Of a stretch of 64,000 nucleotides of DNA, positions 47,947 through 58,206 are shown in pieces. The stretch comes from Myxococcota bacterium (GTDB lineage Bacteria > Myxococcota_A > UBA9160 > UBA6930). The translations under genes were made by a program, and so were the position numbers. The notes under the pieces were generated by a model. The model had not been told where the DNA came from. It did not search any database and worked only from the letters and a program-made list of their open reading frames with translations. Position 1 is the stretch's first letter; every line of letters starts with the position of its first letter. The stretch is from contig JANQOX010000026.1 in the NCBI GenBank assembly GCA_028285625.1, positions 17,825 through 81,824 of the forward strand, written 5' to 3'.

Positions 47947-49029
47947 TCAGACGGTCGCGTCGGTCAGGCGGTGGGTGAGGCGCTGCCCCGCCCAGAAGAC
48001 CTCGACCGACTCCTCCCCGTCCCCGTCTCGCTCGGGGCCCTTCCAGTCGGTGGCCACCAGACGCACGCGGCGGGTGTTTCTCGGAAGACCGTAGAAGTCG
48101 GCACCGAAGTGGCTGGCGAAGCCCTCCAGCCGGTCGAGCGCCCCGGCCCGGGCAAACGCCAGCGCGTACAGTTCGAGCGCGATCGGCGCACTGTAGATGC
48201 CGGCGCATCCGCAGTCGGTCTCCTTGGCGCTTCTCAGGTGGGGCGCGCTGTCGGTCCCCAGGAAGAAATGGGAATCGCCCGACGTCGCCGCCTCGACCAG
48301 CGCGCGCCGGTGACGCTCGCGCTTGAGCACGGGCAGGCAATAGTGATGCGGGCGGAGGCCCCCGTCGAAGAGCGCGTTGCGCGACAGCAGCAGGTGCTGC
48401 GGCGTGATGGTGGCGGCCACGTGGGGCGGCGCCTCGCGCACCCACGACACCGCGTCGGCGGTGGTCACGTGCTCGAACACCACGCGTAGCGCCGGAAACC
48501 GCTCCACCGTCGGAATCAGCGAATCCTCCAGGAACACCCGCTCGCGGTCGAAGACGTCGCACGCGGGGTCGGTGGTCTCGCCGTGCACCAACAGGGGCAG
48601 GCCGCACGCCTGCATGGCCTCGAGCACCGGTTCGACCCCGGCGAGGCCGGCGACCCCGGCATCCGAGTGCGTGGTGGCGCCCTTCGGGTAGAGCTTCACC
48701 CCGTGGACGAAGTCGGCCTCCGCCGCCCGGGCGATCTCCTGCGGCGTGGTTTCGGGCGTGAGGTAGAGCGTCATGAGGGGCTCGAAGCCTTGCCCGGCGG
48801 GAAGCGCCGCGAGGATGCGATCGCGGTAGGCCGCGGCCTCGGCGGTGGTGCGGATCGGAGGATCGAGATTCGGCATCACGATGGCCCGCGCGAACTGCCG
48901 CGCCGTGGCGGGCAGCACCCGCGCGAGCATCGCGCCATCGCGCAGGTGCAGGTGCCAGTCGTCGGGCTGGGCGAGCTCGATGGACGCGGTGGCGTCGGCG
49001 AGGGACGCGGTGTCGTCGGAGGCGGTCAG
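47947..49029 (-). CDS. pyrC: Dihydroorotase, E. coli-type (probable CTG start)
   Basis: PDDWHLHLRDG, MPNL.PPI, KLYP.GATT.S, HGE, FEHVTT, CLPVLK, FLGTDSAPH, CGCAG. Confidence 0.93.
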   Translation of the reverse strand: MTASDDTASLADATASIELAQPDDWHLHLRDGAMLARVLPATARQFARAIVMPNLDPPIRTTAEAAAYRDRILAALPAGQGFEPLMTLYLTPETTPQEIARAAEADFVHGVKLYPKGATTHSDAGVAGLAGVEPVLEAMQACGLPLLVHGETTDPACDVFDRERVFLEDSLIPTVERFPALRVVFEHVTTADAVSWVREAPPHVAATITPQHLLLSRNALFDGGLRPHHYCLPVLKRERHRRALVEAATSGDSHFFLGTDSAPHLRSAKETDCGCAGIYSAPIALELYALAFARAGALDRLEGFASHFGADFYGLPRNTRRVRLVATDWKGPERDGDGEESVEVFWAGQRLTHRLTDATV

Positions 49030-50747
49030 AAGCGAGAGGCCTCGAGCGAGACGTCGGCCCGCGCGAAGGCGTGGTCGAACCCCGAGCGTGCACCATCGGC
49101 GAGGCCGGTCTCGCCCTGGGCCCGGAGGGCCTCGGAAAGACCGAAGAGCGACCAGCCGTTCTTCGGGTTCTTCCGAAGGTCGGCGCGGTAGACCGCCTCG
49201 GCATCGGCGGCGCGCCCGGCATCCAGCAGCACCGCGCCCAGCGCCTGGCGCACGGGAAAGTAGAACGGCGGCGGCTCGGTATAGGGCAGGCCATCCTGCT
49301 CCAGAACGGCCTCTTCGAGCTTCGCGACCGCCGTGGCCACGCGACCCGCGGCGGCGCTGCGCTCGGCCGCCAGGTGCAGCGCGGCGATCCCGAGCAGGTT
49401 CTTGGCCGTCCCGCCCGGGAAGGCGAGGCCATCGAGCGCGGCCTCGTCGCGAACTCCGTCGAGCAGTTCGGACTCGCGCAGGGACGCCTCGCCCTGGCCG
49501 GTGCGCAGGTAGGCGAGACTGCGCGCGTAGTGCCACATGCCGGTCACGTAGCGGAGGTCTTCGTCGGGCGCCGGCTCTCCGAGCACCGCGTCCCACCGGC
49601 CGAATCGCGCCAGCGTGACGATGGGGATCGCCCGGAACTCCTCGCCCGGCGGGAACCCCGCGATGATCTCGTCGGACACCTTCGCCGCGAGCTTGCGCGA
49701 CGACTGGATCGCGAGCGCGCTTCGGCCCTCGACGTTGGCCGCCGCCCACAGGAAGTGCACGTTGTGCGGGTAGTAGGCCGAACGGTAGATCCCCTGCGAG
49801 CCGCACCATGCGAAGTAGCGCTCGTCTGCCGCCGCTGCCCGACGATTGATCTCGAGCGCATCGTCGTACCGGCCCACGCGGAAGTAGATGTGCGAGGGCA
49901 TGTGGACCAGATGACCGGCAGCGGGGGCGACGTCCACGAGGCGGTCCGCGGCGGGCTCCGCACGACTCGGATCGGGCGAGGCCTCGATGGCGTGGATGTA
50001 GTAGTGATTGGCGCCGGGGTGATCGGGCTGCTGCTCCATCGCCCACTCGAGCAGCGACACGATCTCGGGCGTCTCGGCCACGGGCTCGCCGCGCGACGAC
50101 CAGTGGTTCCACGGGTTGAGGTCCATCAGGGCCTCGGCGGTCAACACCGCGGCGTCCACGTCTGCCGGGTGGGCCGCGCGCAGCCCTCGCATGGCGTCGG
50201 CATAGGCGCGATCGAGGTCTGCGCGCGCGGCTGCCGGGTCGAGCGAATAGCGCGTGGCGAGGGCGTCGATGTAGTCGCGCTCGGCTGCCGTCACGCGATC
50301 GCGCAGCGCCTGGGCGCGCGCGACGGCGGCCACTGCGGCCGCGTTGGCCGCAGGCCCCATCGGCGCATTGATGTTGGGCCCGAGGGCGAGCGCCTCGCCC
50401 CAGTGGCACATGGCGCAGTCCGGGTCGAGGCGCGCTCCTTCGCGGAACGACTTCACCGCCTCTTCGTGGTTGAACCCGAAGGTGAGGACCAACCCCTGGT
50501 CGAACCAGCGCTGCACTTCGGGCACGGAGGTCGTGATGGGGTGGTGATGGCTCCCGAGCCCCTCGATCAGGCGCGGCGCGCCCGGCGAGGTGGCCTCGGC
50601 GGGCTCGCTCGGCTGGGCCGCCTGGGGCTCTTTCGTGGGCGCCGGCGCAGGGTCCGGAGCGGGCCCCGCGCAGGCGACGATCGCTGCGGCCAGGCCCGCC
50701 ACGAGGGCTCGGCGGGGGGCGATTCGTCGGAAGGCTCGTTGGGTCAT
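49026..50747 (-). CDS. TPR-rich lipoprotein
   Basis: IVAC lipobox; FDQGL..FGFNHEEA, GPNIN, HPGANHYYIH, HLVHMPSHIY, NGWSL.GL. Confidence 0.8.
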   Translation of the reverse strand: MTQRAFRRIAPRRALVAGLAAAIVACAGPAPDPAPAPTKEPQAAQPSEPAEATSPGAPRLIEGLGSHHHPITTSVPEVQRWFDQGLVLTFGFNHEEAVKSFREGARLDPDCAMCHWGEALALGPNINAPMGPAANAAAVAAVARAQALRDRVTAAERDYIDALATRYSLDPAAARADLDRAYADAMRGLRAAHPADVDAAVLTAEALMDLNPWNHWSSRGEPVAETPEIVSLLEWAMEQQPDHPGANHYYIHAIEASPDPSRAEPAADRLVDVAPAAGHLVHMPSHIYFRVGRYDDALEINRRAAAADERYFAWCGSQGIYRSAYYPHNVHFLWAAANVEGRSALAIQSSRKLAAKVSDEIIAGFPPGEEFRAIPIVTLARFGRWDAVLGEPAPDEDLRYVTGMWHYARSLAYLRTGQGEASLRESELLDGVRDEAALDGLAFPGGTAKNLLGIAALHLAAERSAAAGRVATAVAKLEEAVLEQDGLPYTEPPPFYFPVRQALGAVLLDAGRAADAEAVYRADLRKNPKNGWSLFGLSEALRAQGETGLADGARSGFDHAFARADVSLEASRF

Positions 50748-50835
50748 GGCGGCTCCTCGGCGCTCAGCATACGGCAGCGACCCGACGCGAACACGTGAGC
50801 GAACACACGTGGCGACGCGCTCGAACCCCGACCGG

Positions 50836-53175
50836 CTAGAGGTCCTTGTAGCGGCCGATGTCGATGAGTCCGGCCTCGACGGGGTTCTGACGCGCGAGCG
50901 CGTCGTCGAACCAGTCCATCAGGCTCCAGAAGCCCGGGCTGCTGCGGCGCACGCCCCAACGCTCGACGACGCGGGTGAGTCCCTCCGCATCCTCGACCGC
51001 ACCCAGGACTTCGGCGAACCGCAGCACCTCGTTCAGGGGAACGTCGAAGGCGAAGTTGGGGTAACTGCCCAGCGCGCCGCGCACGACGGTGAGCGTGTCG
51101 TTCGCCGGGACGCGACGGTTGGCCTCGAAGAACAGGAAGGCCACGTTGTCGTGGGCCGCATCGTGCACCAGCGAGTACTGGAGCGGCTCCTCCATGTCAC
51201 CGCCCACCACGCGGACCCAGACCAGTTCGGGAAGGGTCGCGACGAACGGAGCGCGCACTCCCGCGAGACGGCGCAACGCCGCGTCGGCCGTGCGTTCCAG
51301 GTTCGATGCGCCGGACCGCTGGCACGGGGGCTGGTCACAGCGGTTCAGCAGATCGGGCGGCCCGGCAACCTCACGCGACCGCGCCTCGACCTGGGCGAGC
51401 AGCTCGGCCACCACGTCGTCCGTCTCGAAGCGAACCTGGGTACCGTGGGGCGTGAACCGTTCGCGATCCAGGTAGACGTCGAGCTGGTCTTCGGCGCCGC
51501 GATACCACGACCGGAAGATCGCGTCGCGCTGCTCCCGGGGAACGAAGAGCAGGAAGAGGTCCTCCGCCTGCATGCGCAGGTGGTCCATGTAGAGTCGCGT
51601 CGCCACCTGGTGGGTGACGTTTCCGAAGACGTCGAAGCCCGCCACCAGGTCGTAGTAGATGCGCTCGAAGATGGGGTAGTCGAGCACCCAGGCCGTCTGG
51701 GGCGGTGCACCGTGGAACCCGTGGACCACGGTGGCGTTGTCGAAGTGGCGAAACACCGTGAGCAGGGCATCGCGATCGTGCCCATCTCCATCCCAGATGG
51801 CCTCGAGCGGCGGGCCGTCCTTCTCCGGGTCGATCTCGTCGTAGACGCGCTCGCGCAGCTCGAGATAGCGCTCCTGCTTTTCGTCGTAGCGCGTGAGGAT
51901 GTCGAGGCGGGGGCGTTGGCCCCCTGCCTCGGCCGGCATCCGCAGCAGGCCACGCGCTTCGTCGAGGAAGCCGGGATCGGTGACCGAGAGGTCGTAGTCG
52001 GGGTCGACGAACGTGACCCAGAAGCGGTCTCGAATGACGTTCACCGCGACCTGCCCCCGGCAGACCGGGCCCCGGATGAAGGTCATCACGAAGTAGCGCG
52101 CGTCGTCGAGCAGGTACTGGTAGCGCGCACGCGACGGAATGGCGGCGAAGGTGGTGAAGGGATTGGCCGACGTGACCGGGTCGTAGTCGGGGAGTTCTGC
52201 CAGCTCCCAGTCGGGCGCGAAGAAGAGCTCTTTCAGGCGCGCCATGCGCTCGGGGCCGATCGGGTAGACGATGTGGGTCTTGTGGAGGATCGTCGCGTCG
52301 ATGGGCCGCAGCCGATACCAGAAGTTCGCGACGCCCGGCGCGTCGAAGGGCCGCCGGGTCGGCAGCACGCGAATCGGCTCTCCGGGCGGCGTCGCCGAGC
52401 GCACCACCTCGAAGTAGGGGCCCTGCGGCGCACTCGTGAACGTCAGGTGCGCGAGGAACCAGTGCTCGTAGAGGTACCGCGCCACGAGTCGCTCGCGATT
52501 CGAGGGCCCGTTGAGAAAGGCCTCCCAATCCTCGACCTGCCGGGCGAGAGCGGCGGGGACCTCCATGTCCTCCCAGTCCGGCGCCCCCTGGGCGATCCAA
52601 CGCGAGAGCGTCTCGAGCTCGTCGGGAGCGAGCGGCGCGGTGCCGTAGGGCATGCCGCCCATGGGTCGATCCGCCGCGTAGCGGGCGAACTCGTCGTCGG
52701 CCGGGCAGCTGAGCGCGCGGTTGATGTCGAGGTCGACGTCGGGCATGCGGGCGTTGGGCGCCGGCGGGGCGGCGCGTCCGAGGGCCAACATGCGCAGCAT
52801 CAGCGAGTCACTGGGCGAGCCTTCGGCCAGCGGCAGGACGGGATGGAACCCCAGCTCGCGCCAGCCCGCCTCGGTGGTCGCATCGTGGGACAGGCGTGTG
52901 AGCGGCGCCTCGAGCAGCCGGCTCGACTGGTAGACGGGCTGCTTCGAGGCCCCGCGCAACAGGCCCTCGTGGGACGACAGGTTCAGCTGACAGGGAGCGT
53001 CGTAGCAGCCGTGGCAGACCACGCAGCGAGACTCGAGCACCGCCCGCGCCGCAGCCGGCCGCAACGGCGCGACCGAGTCGAGCGGAAGGGGCTCGGGCTC
53101 CTGGGCCGCACCCCGGCAGCCGGCCATCGCCAGGAGGATCGAGCAGAACCAGAACGCGCGGAGGGTCTTGGACAT
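50836..53175 (-). CDS. cti: Fatty acid cis/trans isomerase (heme c)
   Basis: RCVVCHGCYDAPCQLNL, RYLYEHWFLAH, FIRGPVCRGQ.A.NVI.D.FWV, FRHFDNATV, GFDVFGN..HQ..TRLYMD.LRM, GSYPN. Confidence 0.9.
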   Translation of the reverse strand: MSKTLRAFWFCSILLAMAGCRGAAQEPEPLPLDSVAPLRPAAARAVLESRCVVCHGCYDAPCQLNLSSHEGLLRGASKQPVYQSSRLLEAPLTRLSHDATTEAGWRELGFHPVLPLAEGSPSDSLMLRMLALGRAAPPAPNARMPDVDLDINRALSCPADDEFARYAADRPMGGMPYGTAPLAPDELETLSRWIAQGAPDWEDMEVPAALARQVEDWEAFLNGPSNRERLVARYLYEHWFLAHLTFTSAPQGPYFEVVRSATPPGEPIRVLPTRRPFDAPGVANFWYRLRPIDATILHKTHIVYPIGPERMARLKELFFAPDWELAELPDYDPVTSANPFTTFAAIPSRARYQYLLDDARYFVMTFIRGPVCRGQVAVNVIRDRFWVTFVDPDYDLSVTDPGFLDEARGLLRMPAEAGGQRPRLDILTRYDEKQERYLELRERVYDEIDPEKDGPPLEAIWDGDGHDRDALLTVFRHFDNATVVHGFHGAPPQTAWVLDYPIFERIYYDLVAGFDVFGNVTHQVATRLYMDHLRMQAEDLFLLFVPREQRDAIFRSWYRGAEDQLDVYLDRERFTPHGTQVRFETDDVVAELLAQVEARSREVAGPPDLLNRCDQPPCQRSGASNLERTADAALRRLAGVRAPFVATLPELVWVRVVGGDMEEPLQYSLVHDAAHDNVAFLFFEANRRVPANDTLTVVRGALGSYPNFAFDVPLNEVLRFAEVLGAVEDAEGLTRVVERWGVRRSSPGFWSLMDWFDDALARQNPVEAGLIDIGRYKDL

Positions 53176-53210
53176 CGGCCGGGGAGCTTCGCGCCCCCAT
53201 GCTGCGTGCG

Positions 53211-55187
53211 CTAGTGCCGGGTGTCGCCGGCGGGAGGCAGGGCCGGATCCACGGAGAGCGCGGCCTCCGGCACGACGGAAGGCGCAGCCTCCGGCAGAGC
53301 GGGAGGCGCAGCCTCCGCCGCGGCCTGGGACCGGGCGGCATCGAATGCCGCAACCTGCTCGCGCAGGATCCGCTTCAGCTCCGCGATGGTCTCGGGGTGG
53401 GCCTGCATGGAGTGATGGCTGGGGACGATGACTTCGGAGGCGGCCTCGGACAGGGTCGCACTCTCATACTTCACCACGCCGTCGTCCGCGTCCTCGAGCC
53501 CGCCGTCGGGGTCGGGAACGGCAATGATCGAGTGCGCGGTCACACCCTCGGCCAACGGCCGCGAAGCAAGCGTGTCCATGAAGAGGCTCCCGGGTCGCAT
53601 GTTCTCGATGCTGGTCGGAACCTGGCGCATGCGCGAGCGCAGCTTGGCCTCGGAATCGCCCGAGATGAGATCGACCGTGGCCTGGGTGGCTCGCACGGGC
53701 AGGCTGATCAAGCGCCCGGCGAGCGCCGCGACACCGTCCGTGGCCCGGAAGCTCCCGCGGTGGGGTGTCGCCATGAACACCACCCGATCGGCGAACGGCA
53801 ACGCCTCGAAGAAGAACTGATCCTCGAGCCACTTCTGGGTCGCGGGGTCGAGGTCGAGACTCTCGACCGGCTCCTCGGAGATGGCATCCCAGAACGCCGT
53901 CTCCGAGTCCGTGACCTGGAGGCGCACGAGCAGCCCTCCTTGGCTGTGACCGACCAACACCATGTGCTGGAGCGCAGCATCCTTGGCCTCGGGATCGAGC
54001 TCCCGCCTCGCTCCCTGTAGTGCGGCACGGAGCCTCCCGGCCGAGAGCAGGATGGGATTGCCGGTCGCGTAGACGAACAGCCAGGGAACGACGCGGTCGC
54101 GCAGCACCGGATCCCCGGTGAGCTCGTTGACGACCTCCGCCCAGCGCCCGGGGCTCGATGCCGTGCCGTGGACCAACACCACCGGAATCTGCCCGGGCCG
54201 GTACGGGTGGATCATGAACAGCCCGTCCGAGTCCTCGGACATGACCGTCACGCGGTCCTGGAACAGGCTCTCGATCTCGATGGACCACACCTCCGACTGC
54301 CCGACCCCCAGTGCGAACGCGACGCTCGGCTCGTACTCCAGCGGCACCTCCTCCCCGTGGATCTCGGTGGTCGAGACCTCCTCCATGGCGTAGAGCTCGA
54401 GACGCCCCGAGAGCTCGCCCCTCTGGAGGCCCGCCAGGGCATCGTCGAAGCGGAGCAGGACCGTGACGGGGACGTGGATCGCCTTGGGGATGCGGGCGGC
54501 CTCCCTCGCGGCGGACCCCGGCAAGCGCTCGAGCCCGGCAATGAACGGTGCGCCTATCCCCGGGCGGCGGTATCGATTGCGGATGCCGCGGATCTCGTAG
54601 TCGTCGGCGGGAACCAGATCGACCAGGCGATGGCCCGCCCAGACGGGATCCTTCGGGGACGTCACTACGAGGGTGCCGAATGAGAGCGTCACCGTGCGCG
54701 AGGAGAGGTCGGCCACCTCGGCCTCGGCTTCCCTCAGGCCTCGTGCGAGACCCCGGTTGTAGAGATCCGCGGCCACCCGGGTCCGAGGGTCGAGCACCGA
54801 AGGGCGATCGGCCGGGTCCTCGGGAAACAGGAAGGCCCACGCATAGACGGCTGCCGCTGCGTACGCGCTCGCGCCGCCCTCGCGGTCGCCGTGCAGGAAG
54901 GAAAGCTCGGCCAGCGCGTACAACACGTCCGGCGGATGCGGCGCCGTGGGGAGCAGGGCATGCAGCGCGTCGAGGCTGTGAACGAGCTGGCGGTCGTTTT
55001 CGGCGCTCACCCCGACGGCCTGGAGCACCAGCTCGGTGTCGTGGCTGAGCTCGCCCGCTGCCAGGACGTTGGCGGCGAGCTGGGCGCGGACCTTGCGCGG
55101 ATCCTGACGCTCGACGCCCACCGGCGATGCGCACGCGAGCGCGCACGCCACCAGGCAGGCGAGCGCGAGTGCGGGGCTCCGACGCAT
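53211..55187 (-). CDS. Alpha/beta hydrolase lipoprotein (esterase/lipase-like)
   Basis: LAC lipobox; VLVHGTASS, GHSQGG, ATPHRGS, DGVV, HS. Confidence 0.85.
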   Translation of the reverse strand: MRRSPALALACLVACALACASPVGVERQDPRKVRAQLAANVLAAGELSHDTELVLQAVGVSAENDRQLVHSLDALHALLPTAPHPPDVLYALAELSFLHGDREGGASAYAAAAVYAWAFLFPEDPADRPSVLDPRTRVAADLYNRGLARGLREAEAEVADLSSRTVTLSFGTLVVTSPKDPVWAGHRLVDLVPADDYEIRGIRNRYRRPGIGAPFIAGLERLPGSAAREAARIPKAIHVPVTVLLRFDDALAGLQRGELSGRLELYAMEEVSTTEIHGEEVPLEYEPSVAFALGVGQSEVWSIEIESLFQDRVTVMSEDSDGLFMIHPYRPGQIPVVLVHGTASSPGRWAEVVNELTGDPVLRDRVVPWLFVYATGNPILLSAGRLRAALQGARRELDPEAKDAALQHMVLVGHSQGGLLVRLQVTDSETAFWDAISEEPVESLDLDPATQKWLEDQFFFEALPFADRVVFMATPHRGSFRATDGVAALAGRLISLPVRATQATVDLISGDSEAKLRSRMRQVPTSIENMRPGSLFMDTLASRPLAEGVTAHSIIAVPDPDGGLEDADDGVVKYESATLSEAASEVIVPSHHSMQAHPETIAELKRILREQVAAFDAARSQAAAEAAPPALPEAAPSVVPEAALSVDPALPPAGDTRH

Positions 55188-55297
55188 GGCGCGGATCCTA
55201 ACGTCGGAACCCCTCGTCGCCCAGACGGCCTGCGAGTGCCACGATGCGCGGCGCCAGGCCTGCAGTGCGGCCGCACCCGACCCGCGCAAGACGACCT

Positions 55298-56053
55298 ATG
55301 CTCCTCGTCGTGAAGCTCCAGGCCCTTTCCATCCTGTTCTGGCTCTTCCTCGGCGTGACCTCGATCGCCCTGTTCCCGATCGCCGTCGTGATCTGGGCGG
55401 TGACGCTGCCCTTCGACCGGCGCAAGGTGCTGCTCCACCGGTTCACCTGCTTCTGGGCCTCGCTCTACACCTGGTTCAATCCGGCCTGGCCGGTGGCGAT
55501 CGAAGGCCGCGAGCACATCGACCCGCGCGAGACCTACGTCATGGTGGCGAACCACCTCTCGCTACTCGACATCCTGGTGCTGTTCCGGCTGTTCAACCAC
55601 TACAAGTGGATCTCCAAGATCGAGAACTTCCGGATCCCTTTCATCGGCTGGAACATGCGGCTGAACGGCTACGTCGAGCTTCGCCGTGGAGACCGCGAGA
55701 GCGTGCTGCAGATGCTGGAGACCTCGCGCGGCGTGCTCGAGAGCGGAAGCTCGATCATGATGTTCCCCGAAGGCACGCGTTCGCCCACGGGCGAGATGCG
55801 CGACTTCAAGCCGGGCGCCTTCCAGCTGGCCATCGAGTGCAAACGACCGCTCCTGCCGATCGCCTTGCAGGGCACCGCAGACGCCCTGCCCAAGCGCGGC
55901 TTCGTCCTCCAGGGCCGGCACCCGATCTCGGTGACCGTGCTGCCGCCGATCGCGCCAGAGGCGTTCGCCGGGCAGACGCCGGAGGCCCTGGCGGCCGAGA
56001 CGCGCGCACTGCTGCTCGGCGTGGTCGGCAAACCCGAGACTCCCTCGAGCTAG
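55298..56053 (+). CDS. plsC: 1-acyl-sn-glycerol-3-phosphate acyltransferase family
   Basis: NHLSLLD (HX4D), FPEGTRS, FKPGAF. Confidence 0.9.
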   Translation: MLLVVKLQALSILFWLFLGVTSIALFPIAVVIWAVTLPFDRRKVLLHRFTCFWASLYTWFNPAWPVAIEGREHIDPRETYVMVANHLSLLDILVLFRLFNHYKWISKIENFRIPFIGWNMRLNGYVELRRGDRESVLQMLETSRGVLESGSSIMMFPEGTRSPTGEMRDFKPGAFQLAIECKRPLLPIALQGTADALPKRGFVLQGRHPISVTVLPPIAPEAFAGQTPEALAAETRALLLGVVGKPETPSS

Positions 56054-58155
56054 GGCGACGCCGCGTCCGGCTTCTCACCGGCCCCGCCCGGGGCGCGCGA
56101 CAAGACGTAGGCCTGGATCCGGCGAACGTCGTCGGCGTCGAGCACGTCGCCGAAGGCCGGCATGCCGAGCGCCGCGCGTCGTCCCTCGAGGACGATTTCG
56201 GCGAACTCCGCGTGCACCGCGGCACGGGCGAACCGCAGGTCCGGGAGCACGCCGCCTCCCACCGCCCCCACGCCGTGACAGACCGCGCACCACTGGTGGT
56301 AGCGGTCGCTGCCGCGTCCCACGTCCTCGGCACTCGCATCGATGGCCACGTCGGCCCTCTGACCGGGTCGCGGCGGCGGGGCCTCGGGCATCGACACGTC
56401 GCCGTCGAGGGCGAACACGAGCAGGTGGCCCGCCGAACGCACCCCTGCGGCCGCGGCGGCGTCGCCGGCCGCCACCGCGAACGAGCCGCCCCACCCGGCC
56501 ATCACGGCGACGTACTGGGTCTCGCCCACGCGATAGCTGATCGGGGCCGCGACGATGCCCGTCGGCACGGTCACCTCGAACCGCTTCTCTCCGTCCGTGG
56601 CGCGATAGGCCACGAAGCGTCCATCTGCCGTGCCCTGGAACACGAGGTTGCCCGCCGTCGCCAGGGTGCCGCCGTTGCCCGCGACCGCGTACGGCGCGCG
56701 CCAGACCTCGCGGCCCGCCACCGGATCCCAGGCGAGCAGATGACCCGACGTGCCCGCGGCCGCAGCGCCAGGCGGAGGGAGGCTCCGGTACATCTTCATG
56801 TCGAGCCCGGTGTTGTGGGCGCGCGGAACGAAAGCGAAGTCCGGGTCGACGGTGTAGAGGCCCGGCAACTCCTGGGCGGGCACGTACACCAGACCCGTGT
56901 CGGGACTGAACGACATCGGGTGCCAGTTGTGTGCGCCCGCGCTGCCCGGCTTGATCAGCACGGGGCGGTCGGCGGCGCGAACCCCCGGGGCCTCCACGGG
57001 GCGACCCGTCGCCAGGTCCACGTGCGACGCCCACGTCACCTCGGCGAACGGTTCGGCCGAGAGCAGTTCGCCCGTGGCCCGGTCGAGCACGTAGAAGAAC
57101 CCGTTCTTCGGCGCCTGCAGCAGCACCGCGCGCGAACGGCCCGCGATCTCGAGGTCGGCCAGCAGCAGGTGCTGCGTCGCGGTGAAGTCCCACGCGTCGC
57201 CGGGGGTCGTCTGGTAGTACCAGACCAGCGCGCCATCGTCCTCGCGGAGCGCGAGGATCGAACTCAGATAGAGGTTGTCGCCGCGATCTTCGCTGCGCAG
57301 CACGCGGCTCCAAGGGCCCCCGTTGCCGGTACCCACGTACACGAGCCCGAGCTCGGGATCATGGGCGATGGCGTCCCACGCGGTGCCCCCTCCACCGGTC
57401 TCCCAGTAGCGACCGTGCCAGGTACGGGCCGCACGCGCGATCGCCGGGGTCTCGTGGCCCTTGGCCGGGTCACCCGGAACCGTGTAGGTGCGCCAGAGCC
57501 GCTCGCCGGTCTCGGCGTCGTAGGCCGAGACGTAGCCGCGCACGCCCAGATCCGCGCCGCTGTTGCCGATCACCACACGGCCCGAGACGACCCGCGGTGC
57601 GCCGGTGATGGTGTAGGGCTGCTCGGCGGGCGTGGTCTGCGCGCTCCACAGCAGCGCCCCGGTGCCGGCGTCGAGAGCCTGCAGCCGACCGTCGAGAGTC
57701 GCCACGAACACGCGGCCCGCATCGACGGCCACCCCGCGGTTCACCACGTCGCAACACAGGATGCGCGCGATCTCGCGGGGCACCTGCGGATCGTGCTGCC
57801 AGAGCTTTGCCCCCGAAGCCGCATCGAAGGCATGGACGGTGCTCCAGGTTCCGGTGGTGTAGAGCACGCCGTCCACGACGATGGGCGTCGCCTCCAGCCC
57901 CCGGCGTGTCCCGAAGTCGTGCGTCCAGGCCAGCCCCAGGCGCCCGGCGTTGTGCTCGTCGATCTGCGCGAGCGGGCTGAAGCGTTGCTCGAAGGCCCCC
58001 TGCCCGTGGCGCGGCCAGTCTCCGGCACCGGCGGCGGGCGCCGCGTCGCGGCAAGCGGGCCCGCCCCAGGCGAGCAGGCACGCGAAGAGAGCCGCGAACG
58101 GGCCTGCGGCCCGCGCCACCGCAGCTCGTCGGGACGCGCCCACGCGTGACTCCAT
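56050..58155 (-). CDS. PQQ-dependent quinohemoprotein alcohol dehydrogenase
   Basis: CCDVVNRG vicinal cysteines, GTGNG, WDFTATQ, APKNGFFY, GAHNW; C-terminal CAVCH cytochrome c. Confidence 0.92.
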   Translation of the reverse strand: MESRVGASRRAAVARAAGPFAALFACLLAWGGPACRDAAPAAGAGDWPRHGQGAFEQRFSPLAQIDEHNAGRLGLAWTHDFGTRRGLEATPIVVDGVLYTTGTWSTVHAFDAASGAKLWQHDPQVPREIARILCCDVVNRGVAVDAGRVFVATLDGRLQALDAGTGALLWSAQTTPAEQPYTITGAPRVVSGRVVIGNSGADLGVRGYVSAYDAETGERLWRTYTVPGDPAKGHETPAIARAARTWHGRYWETGGGGTAWDAIAHDPELGLVYVGTGNGGPWSRVLRSEDRGDNLYLSSILALREDDGALVWYYQTTPGDAWDFTATQHLLLADLEIAGRSRAVLLQAPKNGFFYVLDRATGELLSAEPFAEVTWASHVDLATGRPVEAPGVRAADRPVLIKPGSAGAHNWHPMSFSPDTGLVYVPAQELPGLYTVDPDFAFVPRAHNTGLDMKMYRSLPPPGAAAAGTSGHLLAWDPVAGREVWRAPYAVAGNGGTLATAGNLVFQGTADGRFVAYRATDGEKRFEVTVPTGIVAAPISYRVGETQYVAVMAGWGGSFAVAAGDAAAAAGVRSAGHLLVFALDGDVSMPEAPPPRPGQRADVAIDASAEDVGRGSDRYHQWCAVCHGVGAVGGGVLPDLRFARAAVHAEFAEIVLEGRRAALGMPAFGDVLDADDVRRIQAYVLSRAPGGAGEKPDAASP

Positions 58156-58206
58156 GGCCGGCGCAGCGTAGCGGAGGAACGCGGCGCGGTGGTCTACGCT
58201 CTGGGC

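Noticed and set aside
50787..50811. Short imperfect repeat GCGAACAC(AC)GTG
   Set aside because: Two short copies only; not CRISPR-like and could be chance.
57170..57200. Lanthanide-dependent PQQ dehydrogenase
   Set aside because: The motif reads WDFTA, lacking the extra Asp (D-x-D) of lanthanide enzymes; consistent with a Ca-type quinohemoprotein.
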